Positions 28,782 through 43,234 of a stretch of 64,000 bases of DNA are shown in pieces (position 1 is the first letter of the stretch; every line of letters starts with the position of its first letter). This stretch comes from Stegostoma tigrinum (taxonomy: Eukaryota): NCBI RefSeq assembly GCF_030684315.1, contig NW_026728203.1:124001-188000 (forward strand), in the 5' to 3' direction. The notes under the pieces were generated by a model. The model saw nothing but the letters and a program-made list of their open reading frames with translations. It was not told the origin of the DNA and made no database searches. The position numbers were made by a program, and so were the translations under genes.

Positions 28782-28811
28782 CTGACGTTTCGGGCCTAGA
28801 CCCTTCATCAG
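28782..28811 (-). ncRNA. Minimal hammerhead ribozyme motif in the Penelope-like 3' terminal repeat
   Basis: Minus strand reads CTGATGA-AGGGTCTAGGCCC-GAAAC-GTC-AG: both catalytic boxes, a GGG/CCC stem II and a GUC cleavage triplet, as described for Penelope-like elements. Confidence 0.75.
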
Positions 28812-29825
28812 AGAGGGGGATGGGGGGAGGGAACTGGAATAAATAGGGAGAGAGGGGGAGGCAGACCGAAGATGGAGAGTAAAGAAGATAGGTGGAGAGG
28901 GTGTAGGTGGGGAGGTAGGGAGGGGATAGGTCAGTCCAGGGAAGACGGACAGGTCAAGGAGGTGGGATGAGGTTAGTAGGTAGTGGGGGGTGCGGCTTGG
29001 GGTGGGAGGAAGGGATGGGTGAGAGGAAGAACCGGTTAGGGAGGCAGAGACAGGTTGGACTGGTTTTGGGATGCAGTGGGTGGGGGGGAAGAGCTGGGCT
29101 GGTTGTGTGGTGCAGTGGGGGGAGGGGATGAACTGGGCTGGTTTAGGGATGCAGTAGGGGAAGGGGAGATTTTGAAACTGGTGAAGTCCACATTGATACC
29201 ATATGGCTGCAGGGTTCCCAGGCGGAATATGAGTTGCTGTTCCTGCAACCTTCGGGTGGCATCATTGTGGCAGTGCAGGAGGCCCATGATGGACATGTCA
29301 TCAAGAGAATGGGAGGGGGAGTGGAAATGGTTTGCGACTGGGAGGTGCAGTTGTTTGTTGCGAACTGAGCAGAGGTGTTCTGCAAAGCGGTCCCCAAGCC
29401 TCCGCTTGGTTTCCCCAATGTAGAGGAAGCCGCACCGGGTACAGTGGATGCAGTATACCACATTGGCAGATGTGCAGGTGAACCTCTGCTTAATGTAGAA
29501 TGTCATCTTGGGGCCTGGGATGGGGGTGAGGGAAGGAGGTGTGGGGACAAGTGTAGCATTTCCTGCGGTTGCAGGGGAAGGTGCCGGGTGTGGTGGGGTT
29601 GGAGGGCAGTGTGGAGCGAACAAGGGAGTCACGGAGAGAGTGGTCTCTCCGGAAAGCAGACAGGGGAGGGGATGGAAAAATGTCTTGGGTGGTGGGGTCG
29701 GATTGTAAATGGCGGAAGTGTCGGAGGATAATGCGTTGTATCCAGAGGTTGGTAGGGTGGTGTGTGAGAACGAGGGGGATCCTCTTGGGGGCGGTTGTGG
29801 TGGGGGCAGGGTGTGAGGGATGTGT

Positions 29826-29858
29826 CTAACCCTAACCCTAACCCTAACCCTAACCCTA
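29826..29858 (-). repeat. Interstitial telomeric repeat, 5.5 x TTAGGG (33 nt, perfect)
   Basis: Plus strand ctaaccctaaccctaaccctaaccctaacccta lies between the truncated element end and the TSD. Confidence 0.95.
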
Positions 29859-29944
29859 TCGCTCTTCACAGTCCTTGTGGTAGTTCTGACACACTTGGGA
29901 GACCATCTTCACTATTCCCACTCACTAAAACCAAGACCACTCAA

Positions 29945-30085
29945 GAAGTGAGTTGCTCTTCCACAAGCTCTGTATTTATAGTCCTGGGACCATCCTGCAC
30001 TCACCCATGGAGAGGCAGAACTGATGATGACTGACAATTGCTGTTAGCCAATCAGGAACCACCCATGCATACAGGCACCAATGAG
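29945..30085 (-). promoter_or_regulatory. Core promoter of copy D: Inr TCACTTC (A at 29949), TATAAATA (29973-29980) and CCAAT boxes
   Basis: TATA-to-Inr spacing is 31 nt. Copy B shows the same spacing (TATA 14741-14748, Inr TCAGTTC with A at 14717); copy F has TATA at 43301-43308. Confidence 0.7.
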
Positions 30086-30237
30086 AGAGAGGGGGAGGGT
30101 GTGTTAAGCAGAGCTGATCACAGGTGGAGATGATAATCAGGTCTGGATGGTTATTCCGTGATTGGAACAGCAGGAGGCCATTCAGCATCTCAAACCTGTT
30201 GCTCCACTCAATCAGGTCATGGGTCATGGGTCATTTG

Positions 30238-30329
30238 TACAACAAGGTGTTGAGCTGGATGAACACAGCAGGTCAGGCAGCATCAGAGGAACAGAAAAGC
30301 TGATGTTTCAGGTCTGGACGCTTCTTCAT
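30238..30329 (-). mobile_element. Solo ~90-bp Penelope-like 3'-terminal fragment upstream of the promoter (paralogue 43559-43650)
   Basis: gctggatgaacacagcagg…gcagcatc…aaagctga(c/t)gtttc is clearly similar to 28736-28810 and is absent from the other promoter types. Confidence 0.75.
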
Positions 30330-33300
30330 AACTTATATGGCTCTTTTTAAAAAAGAACTGCATTTGGTTTGAAAAAAGCTTTAACATTTTGTTTCTAAAT
30401 TAAGGTGGTTGTGACAAACTGCACGAGGAAGTCAATGAAGAAGAGGTGTCAGTTTCTCAGCCTGTTGTGCTGGGATATGAGACAAAAAGGTGGGAAATTG
30501 ACTCTGGGTCATAGAAAACTGTGACAGGATCAGACGGGGCAAGGACAGGAAGGATGTTCCCAATGAGGGTGGGGGGGTGAAGTCTAGGATCAGAGTATCC
30601 TGATGTAAGAGGACTGGGTTGGACATTTAAGACTGAGAGGAATACAAACCCAAAATTTACAAAAGTTCCTGGGTGGACATTCAGAGGATTTTTAATGACA
30701 GAGGCCATTCATCCCATCATGTCCGTATCGGCTTCCGAAAGAGCTACCCACCTAGTCCCCCTCTCCAGCCCTACACCCTCTATATTCGTCACTCCCAAGT
30801 ATATATCCAGCTCTTGTTTTGAAGCCACCTATGGGATCTACCTCCGCCACTCTCCCAGGCATCACATTCCAAATCCTAACAACCTTCTGAATAGAGAGGT
30901 TTGTTCTCATCTCGGAGCTCCATTACTGACAAACTGTGACCCCCTCATTACTGCCATAATCAACTGGTGAAAACAGAATATCCTCCTTTACCCTGACAGA
31001 ATTGTTCATTATTTTGATCACTTCCACAGAGTCACCTCTTAAACATTTATGCTCCAAGGAGATTTACCCCAATTTCTTCCATCTTTCCTTGTATCTGAAA
31101 TCCCTCATTCCTGGTGTCATTCTTGTAAGTGGGCTTTGAACTCTGTCCAGGGCTTCAATGTCCTTCCTTAAATACCATGCCCAGAACTGAACACAACACT
31201 GCACATGTGGTCTAACCCATGATTTGTACAGGTGTAACATCTATTCTTCGCTTTTATACTCTCTGCGTCCATTTGAAGACACACATTTCACAAAAGCCTT
31301 CTCATAGCAGCTTTGTCCTGCTCGGCGTCTTTCCAGTAATCACATACTTGAAACTGAATGTCCCTCTGCTCCTGTACCCGCCTCAGAATTGTAACATCGA
31401 GCCTGTTTTGTCTTTCTACGTTTGTTCAAGCAAAATGCATTCATCTTTTATGTTCAAATTGGAAAGCAATTGGCAACATCAAATCTGACCAAATAAAAAT
31501 GTATCTGCTGATTCACATATTATCCTTTCCAAAACGAAGCTGTTTTTGGCTTTATCATAGATGATTTACTTCTAATGCGAGGATTGTAATCGTATTCCCC
31601 ACTCTTAGTCCTAGATGAGGATTGAAAAGAAGCAGGATCTCTCTATGTACCCTGTCAAATGCATTAATCCACTTTTGAAACTTGAAGCACAGACGTCCTT
31701 TACACTTCTACACAGAAGGACTTGGGCAAAGTATTATCATCGTAACCAATTAACTTTCTGTCCGGGGGTATTTCAGAAATTCTGTGCATAGCCATCTTTG
31801 GGTCCAACCTGCTAGAACTGTGCACTCCAGATATGTTTGAACTAGAACAAAAGAACCTCCACGCTGAGATATTTGAACAGGTCCAAGATCAGGCCTAACA
31901 TTAGATTAGCGAATGTGGTGGCTTGCCTTCTTGAACTGTTGTTGATTTAGTGGAGGCAGATCCCCAATGCTCCTGGTGAGGCAATTGCAGCATTTTGATT
32001 CACCAACACTGGATGAATGGGGGCTTTGGAAGGTGTTGTCTAAGAAGATTTGGTGGATTTCTACAGCATTTGTTAGACGGCACATATTGTAGTCCCTGTG
32101 TGTCAGTGGCGGAAAGAATGAATCTCGCGGCTGCTCTGAGCTGGAGGCTCTTAAGCTCCTGGCGTGTTGGACCGATACCCGTTGACCTGATTCTGTCTGA
32201 ACAACTCTCTTCTGGCATGAAGAACCTAATAATGAGCTTGACAGTCATTGCTTGGAGCTGGAGGCCATCAAGTTTCTGGAGTGTTGGCCTGATCTCCTGA
32301 TTCTATCTGACACCGCTCTGGAATTAAGAAGGTAATGAGGAGCATTCAATTCAGTGTCAAAAACCCATCCTTACCGAGCCTGGCCTGCATATGACCCTGC
32401 AAGCACAGCGATGTGTGCACCTCTGACCTGGCCTTGTGGCAATTTGAAATGGATAATAAATGCTGTCAGCTCAGAGACATCCACATCCTTATAATAGAGG
32501 AGACTGTCACCCCTGAACATCAGGAACAAGGCAGGCACAGAGCAGTGCATGTGCTGGCACATGCAGGTCAGTTGAGAGCAGGAGAGCTGATTTCATTGAA
32601 AATAAAGAGCTAAAGATTGGAACTGCTGATTTCTCCTCGTGGTATTTGGGTTCTAACTTTACTTTCACCTGGTGTTCTTAGCCTATGTAATCTTTACGTT
32701 GCAGAGCACTGATAGAAGTTGTGCCACACCCGCTCCAAGGTGGGCACTGCTGCCTTTAATAACAGGTCATTCTCTCTGGCGAGTGCACGCGTGAGAGCCT
32801 GAGACAAGTGAAAACAAGTTTTCTCATTCTCTTACAGGCAGCCATGAGACTCACTCCTTCCACCAGTGATAAAGGAGCAAAGGAAATGGGAGCAAAACCA
32901 CTTGTATCCTTTGTAGATAAGCAATTGCTAAAGAGATCAGTGCATCTTCCAGGCTAAATTTTTTTTCCTTTTTATATTCTTGTTTGAAAAGTGAATGTAT
33001 GCTCAAATCATTGGACTCCAAGTGCTAGAAAAAGTCACAGGTGTGGCAACATCTGTCAGGAGATGATAATGTGTCTCAGGTCTTGGGACTGAACAGTTCT
33101 TCCCCCAGGTGCAGCCAAACCTGAGATTTCCTGCAGCTGCTTATTCCAATGAGACCTAAGCATTGCACAGGGCAGGGCTCCAGTTCAGTTCCCAACACTT
33201 AGGCAGGGGACTGGTCTCAGTCAAGCTATTGACTAGAAGCTGGTCCTGAAAAGTTGTTTGGCTAGTAAACAGTGTTGTACTGACAAAAAAAAACCCGAAC

Positions 33301-33574
33301 ACTTGTGGGATTTCCACTACATTGATTGCCGACTGAATTCGTACCGACAAAAGAGGAGCAAACTACTGGGGCAGGCATTGAATTAAAGGTTAATCAGAAG
33401 TAACAGAAAAGGATTTAATGATCAGATGTGAAAACAGCAATACCAAGAGCCAGAAGCAGCTGTGAAATTGTGCCAAGTACTCAGTTCCATGGTGAACACT
33501 ATTTTGATTTGCTCAGCACAACCGAGTTACAAGCATTATGTCACCATGTACAACATACACATTATTGACCCCAT

Positions 33575-35967
<2,393 letters not shown>

Positions 35968-38900
35968 CTTCACTATTCCTGCTCACAATCACAAGGACAA
36001 CTCTGGAACAAAGGCCTCAATCCCCAAAGCTGTTGTGTTTCTACTCCTGAGACAACCGGCACTCACCCAGAGGGAGACCGAACTGATGATGACTGACAGT
36101 TGCTGCTAGCCAATCAGGAACCACCCATGCATACAGGCACCAATTAGAGAGAGGGGGAGGGTGTGTTAAGCAGAGCTGATCAGAGGTGGAGATGAGAGCC
36201 AGGTCTGGATGGTTATTCTGTGATTGGAACAGCAGGAGGCCATTCGGCATCTCAAACCTTCTGCACCACTCACTCAGGTCATAGGTCATTTGGTTCTTTT
36301 TTAAAAGAAGTAAATATGGTTTGAGAAAAGATTGCTCGTTTTGTTTTTAAATTATGGTGGTTGTGATCAACTGCACAAGGGACTCATTGAGGAAGGGGAG
36401 TGTCAGTTTCTCAGCTTGTTGTGCTGGGATTTGGGAAAGAAAGGTGGGAAATTGGCTCGGGGTCATCGAAAATTGTCATAGTGTCAACTGTGGAAAAGAC
36501 AGGAAGGATGTTCCTGATGATGGAAAAGTTTAGGACCAGGGGTCACAGCCTAAGTACACATTTAGGCCTGAGATGAGGAGAAATCTCTTCCCCAACAGAG
36601 TGGGGGGCCTGTGGAATTCTGTGCCACAGAAAACATTTGAGGCCAAAACTTTGAATGTTTTCCAGGAGCAGTTGGGTGTAGCTTTGAGGGCTGCAGGGAT
36701 CAAAGAGTATGGAGAGAGAGAGTGAAGATGGGACTGAGTTAGGGGATCAGCCACAATCACATGGAATGGCAGAGCAGTCTGGAGGGGGCTGAATGGCCGA
36801 ATCCAACAATTTTTTTTCGATGATTCTAAGTTTGTACAACCAGTGCAGCCAGGGTATTGTGATGCAGGGGTAATGTCCCTAGCTGTGGACCAGGAAGCCT
36901 TGGTCCAAGTCCATACCAGATCCAGAGATTTTGTAACATCTTTACAGGCAGAATTAGAAAACAACCAGAACAGGTGCAGGCACAAAGGACCGAATGGCCG
37001 CCTGCTGTGCCACAACAATTCTCCGATTCTGTGATGGGTCTGTACCTGAGCAGCATCTCCCTGCCTCCAGCTCCTGCCTGTGGATTGTCACCTCGCAGTG
37101 ATGGAGAGCCTTGAGTGTTCTGTTGGTTCTGAGAGTGATACCTGAAGAGGATTTCACCTCCTGGCAGGGCCACCCAGGACGGTACGATCGAGGGGAGGGT
37201 CCTGGTAAAGTGCAATGCAAAACAAGTTCCCAACGGCCATCCAGGTGGAAGATAGGCGTGTGCTATCGTTGGCTGTGACAGTGGGTGAAGGTCAGCAGTG
37301 GGGGGATCCCCAGTCAACATTTCTTTGCCAGTGGAATTGGGCCTACCTTGTGTAAAGGACCATGTCTCTGCTGATGTGTAACAGCTTTCCCACATTAAAG
37401 GTGCCTTGTACAGGTGGAATTCAAACCCTGTCCCCAAACTCTCAGAATTTCCTGGGTGGAAATTCAGAGTGTTTTTCACAACAGGATGCCATTCAGCCCA
37501 CCGTCCTGTAATAGCTTCTGAACGAGCTACCTGATTAGTCCCACTTTCCAGCCCTATTGCTGTCACTCTCTAAATTCGTCACTTCCAAGGACATATCCAA
37601 CTCTTGTTTTGAAACCACCCATGGAATCGACCTCCGTCACTCTCCCAGGCAGCACATTCCAAATCCGAACAACTTTCTGAGCAAAGAGGTTTCTTCCCAT
37701 TTCACTCTGATCTCCCCTACTGACAAACTATGACCCCTCGTGACTGACAAGTCAACTGCTGAAATCAGAATATCGTGTTTACTCTATTAAAATTGTTCAT
37801 AGTTTTGATCACGTCAACAAGGTCGCCTCTCAATAAGGTCACCTGCCAGGAGATTTACCCCATTTTCCTGAATCTTTCCGTGTATCTAAAATTCCTCATT
37901 CCTGGGGTCATTCTAATAAATCTCCTTAAGTGGCTCAATCTCCATTAATAACAGCTTCATCCTGCCTGACCACTTTCAGATAACCACATACTTGAAACCG
38001 AAAGTCTCTGAGCTCCTGTACTCACATCAGATTTGTAACATTGAGCCTGTTTTGTCTTTCTGTGTTTCTTCGACGAAAATGCATTACTCACTTTTTTTTT
38101 TATGTCTTGAAATTGGAAAGTGATTGGCAACATCAAACCTTGTGCAGTAAATATCTGTGCGTGCAGATATTGTCCTTTCCACAAAGTAACTGTTTTTGAC
38201 ATGATCCTGGATGATGTAGTTCTCACGTGAAGATTGTCATCCCATTCTACGCACAGTCCAAGATGATCATTGAGAAGAAATGGGTTCTTTCCTCTCTACC
38301 CTGTCAAATCCGTTAGTCCTCTGAACAATATCAGTTACAGCCATCCCTTAACCTTCTACACAGAGGGACTGGACAAGCCATTATGATGAATTAACCATCT
38401 CTCTGTCCAGGTTACTTCCAGAAATTCTGTGCATAACCATTTTTGGGGTCATACCTGGCAGAACCGTGCACTCCGGCTGTGGTTGAACTGGAACTTGACA
38501 ATTTCACCAAAACCTCTCCATTTGTTATTTGAACCCCTCAGAGATCAGGGCTAACATTAGTTTCGAGAATGTGGTAACTTGCCTTCTTGCATTACTGTTG
38601 TCCATTTGGTGTAGGCAAATCCATACTGCTGTTAGGGAGGGAATGTGGGGCTATGTTTCCAACGCCAGAGGAGCGGTGGCTTAGTGTAGCACGTGGAGAG
38701 GCATGGTGTTCCCACATATCCGCGGCCCTTGTCTGATGGAAAGTAGTTATGGTTTTAAGAAGTTGTCTGAGGAGCTTTGGTGGATTCCTACAGCATTTGG
38801 TAGATGGTATATAGTGCAGTCTCTGCATATGTCAGTGGTGGAAGGATTGACTAAAGTGGCTGCTCGTTTGCTGGAGGCTGTCAACATTCTGGAGTGTTAG

Positions 38901-40268
38901 ACTGCTACCTGTTTTCCTGATTCTGTCTGACATCACTGAATTTCCTGCACATCATTCTCATTCCAGAAGAGATGGTCCAAACAAGCCTCTTCTGGTTCAC
39001 TACTATCCTTGTTTGTAAGAAACTGCCATCCTTACCTGCTCTGGCTTATGTGTAACCCTACGGCCACAGCAAAGGGGTTTAATTTGAATTACTCATGGGC
39101 TGGGTGGGTAATCAGGGATGGATAATAAATGCTGCCTGTCAGTGATAGCCTGATCCTGTTAAAAGCCCTTGCACAAAGCAGTCACAATGTAATTCAGGGC
39201 TGATTGATAGTGATTAGGCCCCCAGCGTGCACTGTGTGGAGTCACAGATCAGCCAGTTGACAGCAGGAGATCTGATCTGCTTGAAAATTGAAACTGCTGA
39301 TTTCTGCATTTGCTCTTTGCATTTTTGCTTGATTTTGCACCAGGCATCCTCTGTATTTGTCACCTCTTTGTGGCAGGGTAATAATAGAAATTGTCACACA
39401 GGGAACAAGGTGGGCACTGCTTCATTCCCAAAGCATTCCTCATCTTTCGCATTGTAAGACAAGGTAGATGTTTCCTTTCTCTTACATGTATAAAAAGGAG
39501 ATACTGAAGAAACTAATTCCCTAGCTCAGGGAAGAGTGCAATAACCAATTGCTTCAGTCAAAAGAAAAAAAACTGTCGAACAGCATTGTATCTTACTCTT
39601 TGGGAGGAGGAATTTTACGATCTACAAAAATGATTAACACCTAGGCATTAGAACAAATTGCTGGAAAACACCTCACTGTCAGGCAACAAAATCAAACAAG
39701 AGATGATCACGTGTCTCATGGCCAGGTTCTGTTCAACCCTTCTCCCTCCCAATGCTGCCAAACCTGAGATTTCCCAGCAGGTTGTGTTCCTGGTTTCCAG
39801 AATCTCCTTATTTAAAAAAAGAGACCCAAACACATGGCCAAGGGCAGTGCATTGGATCAGTGCCAACCCTTTAGGCAAAGGACTGATTTCAGTCAGTGTA
39901 TTGATTAGAAGCTGGTCCTGCAAACTTGTCCCTGTGAGTAGAGGTCAGTAATGCTGATTTATCTGTCAACAACCTTACCAGTTATGGAATTTCCAATAAA
40001 AGGATTGCCCACTCAATCCCCAGACACAGCAGAAAAATCAAACACTGAGCAAGTTACTGGGGCAGGCATTGAATCAAAGGATGTCACAAAAGAACAAAGG
40101 ATTGATGATCAGACATGAAAACACAAAAAGCTCCAAGAACCAGAAGCTATGGAAATTACACACTGTACTCAGTTCCATGGTGAACACTATTTTAATTTGC
40201 TCAGAGCACAACTAGTCATTTAGTAGAATGAGGTCACCTTGTACAACAGATATAGATATTGACCCCTT

Positions 40269-43234
40269 TCAGCTGAGTGAGAGCCCGTCAAACAGGTACT
40301 CTCCCATGCCATTGTCAGGGGCTCCCAATCTCTTCAGGTTGGTGATGTGATCTCCCAACTTCTTGATCATCTTCACTTGCTCATTCAAGTCGTGCCTCTC
40401 CAGGAAGTCACACAGCTGGAAAGCAAAGAGGGGAACTGGTTAAATCTGACCAAATACAGCTTGGGAGACCTAACAGTGAAGTGATGTCATGGAGATTGCC
40501 AAATACACGTGAGCAAGTGCTCAGTTTTAGAAACTGGAGGATCTTGGTATAACCCAAGAAAACCCTCCACAATGTCAAATGAGATCTTGTGGCTAACGAA
40601 AAGGTCCAAGTGTCTGATTCCTGGTTTTATACAAAATCCCCGATTTAAATACACCACACTCACATGAGGGTCTGTGTGGCCAGAGGCCAGTTTGTGCAGA
40701 TCCAGCAGACTCTGGTTCACAACCTTCTCCATCTGCAGAGCTCTGCATTGCCTCCAGACCATTGCCCCACTCATCCTGCTCTGGCTTCTGGAGGGAGGGA
40801 AGCAGGAACAGAAAGCACAGCTCAGCAGGCAGTTGTATCATTAGTCTACATCTGATCAGTTAGTTACCCCTCATCATTGTAGGGGAGGTACTACAGGCCA
40901 ACTTGACCTTGGCAAAACACCTGCTGTATTTGGTACTGTTCTTGAAGGGGACATTTCTAAACAGATCCTGCTATGCTGTGATCAGAATGATCTCAAGGCA
41001 TCAGAAACATCTTTAGATGTATAAAGGCTTCATACTGATGGTTTCAGCACCTGAAAGATTTCTGTTTTCCCTTTTGACACCTCATCTTGTCCAAAGCAAC
41101 GGTGGACACTGATATTTGCTCACCATCCAGAATACTGGATGATCTCAATTGTCAACTGTTGTTCAATCACAAGTGCAAAAGTATTTCCTTTTAGTGAAGG
41201 GAATCTTATTGTGTGATCAACCCCCCATTCATACAGCATTTGTTCAGTCCTGAAGCTAAACTGATTGAGCTAGCCACAATTGAGTGGTATTTCACAAAAA
41301 GCAGAAAAAGAAAGCTTTGGAATCCAACCTTGATGTCCTGCAGGAGGATTCGGCCTCCACGTTTATTCTGGAAAGCCATCAGTTTCTCAGTGTGTTCCTG
41401 CTCCTCATGGGACTGCTCCTTGAAGAACTCAGCAAAGTGACGCAGGGCAACATCATCCTGGTCAAAGTAAGAGAACTGTGGGGAGAGAGAGAGAGAAAGG
41501 CAGGAAAGGGAAACATATCTGAAGTCAATCAGTGGCACTCCTCAAACAGAAACTAACCTGGTCACCATCTTGTTTCCACATTTAAGAACAAAGAAAATCA
41601 CAGCACAGGAACAGGCCCTTTGGCCCTCCAAGCCTGCACCGATTGAGATCCTGTTTACGTCTGTCATCTCTTTTCTGCAGTCAGTATCCCTTTGCTCCCT
41701 GCCCATCCATGTACCTGTCCAGCTGGATCTTAACACACTAGCGTGACTTCGTCTACCACCTCCACAGGTTATGTGTGCCAGGCTCCCTCCAACCTCTGCG
41801 TAAAGAGCTTTCCAAGCATATCCACATGCTAAATTGCCCATAGCATTCAGAAGTATGGGGGATATAGGGGAATGTGTCTGGGTGGGATGCTTCAAGGGCC
41901 AGTGTGGACTTGGAGCTAACGGGCCTGTTTCCATACTGAAAGGAATCTAACCCAATCTCCCCTAAAAACATTGCTGCTCTTACTTTGAGCTCATGACCCC
42001 TGTAATTGAGTCCCCCACTCTAGGAAAAAGCTTCTTGCTATCCACCTTGTCTACACCCCTCATGAATTTGAGGGGATCAATCAGGACCACACCCCCAAAT
42101 CTCCCACCTTCTCGTGAAAATAAGCCTCATCTACTCAACCTTGCTTTCTAGCTCACACCCTCCATACCAGACAACATCCTGGTGAACCTCCTCTGTACCC
42201 CTTCCAAAGCATTCACATCCTTTTGTTAGTGTGGCAACCAGAACTGGACATTTAATTACTGGAACATGATAGACAGGCAGAAACAAGAGGTCTTCTCCCA
42301 TGGATTATAGCCAAAAGAGAGGACATAGAACCAGCCAATCAGGAACACTGCAGTGAATGAAGGGACACATGGATGAACAGAACCATGAATCGCAGTGAGC
42401 TCCAGCATTATCAACATCACCCACCTGAATAACCCCACTCTGTCCTACCTTCTCCCCAGCACTAAGTTCTAACTTGTTTCTTCAGTATTTCACATGTGGA
42501 GTGTGAGAACATACCACACTTGTCTTTCCTCCTGCTGAATAGCTAGGAGGATGTCTTCTGAGGAAGGGTCACTGGACCCAAAACATGAACTGATTTCTCT
42601 ATAAGTCCTGCCAGATCTGTAAAGCTATTCCAGCTCTTTATGCTGTTCCTAATTTCCAGGAGTTGCTGTTCTTTTAGAACAGAAAAACTCATTTAGGGCC
42701 AGAGCAGAGGACAGCCTGGCAAATGGAGCAACATTTTAATAGTGCAAGTACATTTTGCACAGAAACATTCACACTAGGGAAAAGTGTTTCTTTCAAAAAT
42801 TGCAACCAAATTTAAAGGAAAATATAGGTTTATCAGCAACACCAGCTCATCCCTTCAGAGCAAGGAGAAAAATCACAAAAGGGGTACATTGTCCAGAGAT
42901 AACAAAGTGGCCATGGTCACCCAGGAGTCAGTTGCAATACAAGACAAACATGAAGTTTCCAACAGAGTCAGTGTGAACCATTTGACTGGATTCAGTCAGG
43001 GAAGGGCCACAGACCAAAACATATGCTACAACTAAATCATTAAACTAAGCAAGAAAATAAACCTAAGAGAGTCAATGCAAGTCTATCACAGGCTTCAATT
43101 TGAGGTCAGGTCCTCAATGTGACAAAGCTCACCATGGAGAGGTAAACATAGGAGGAATAGAGCTCCAGGTTGATCTGCTTGTTAACAGCATCCTCACAGT
43201 CCTTGTGGTAATTCTGACACACTTGGGTGACCAT
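40269..43234 (-). pseudogene. Ferritin copy F, probable pseudogene. Exons 43234-43133, 41475-41329, 40787-40664, 40415-40269
   Basis: Exon 3 is 124 nt (agagctctgc versus agagctctctgc near 40740), giving a frameshift. The conserved Tyr of RHYL is changed to Asp in exon 4. Confidence 0.8.

Larger units (their letters stand above)
28722..29862 (-). mobile_element. 5'-truncated Penelope-like retroelement (GIY-YIG endonuclease region plus 3' terminal repeat) inserted in ferritin exon 1
   Basis: ORF 29036-29869 contains CTSANVVYCIHCTRCGFLYIGETKRRLGDRFAEH (GIY-YIG). An upstream frame reads AFRRDHSLRDSLVRS…GTFPCNRRKCYTC, with a frameshift near 29535. Perfect 16-bp TSD tcttcacagtccttgt at 28706-28721 and 29863-29878. 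Confidence 0.93.
25840..29906 (-). pseudogene. Ferritin copy D, exon 1 split by a Penelope-like insertion. Exon 1 parts 29906-29879 and 28721-28648; exons 27031-26885, 26360-26235, 25986-25840
   Basis: The two exon 1 parts (28 + 74 nt) sum to the normal 102 nt once the insertion and one TSD copy are removed. Exons 2-4 are open with canonical splice sites. TATA at 29973-29980. Confidence 0.9.

Noticed and set aside
28810-29170. G-rich stretch with short direct repeats, considered as a CRISPR-like or independent repeat array
   Set aside because: It is low-complexity 3' sequence inside the Penelope-like element, in a eukaryotic context, with no repeat-spacer structure.
29821-29869. 'RVRVRVRVRV' N-terminus of the 277-aa ORF as a peptide motif
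   Set aside because: It is simply the translation of the TTAGGG tract. The true element frame joins only after a frameshift near 29535.
36826-37566. 246-aa minus-strand ORF, with shorter versions at 1328-1876, 8052-8621, 22370-22759, 50042-50326 and 62996-63385
   Set aside because: It crosses SINE and CR1 relics, and its length and frame differ among paralogues (94-246 aa). No protein motif or splice evidence supports a gene.
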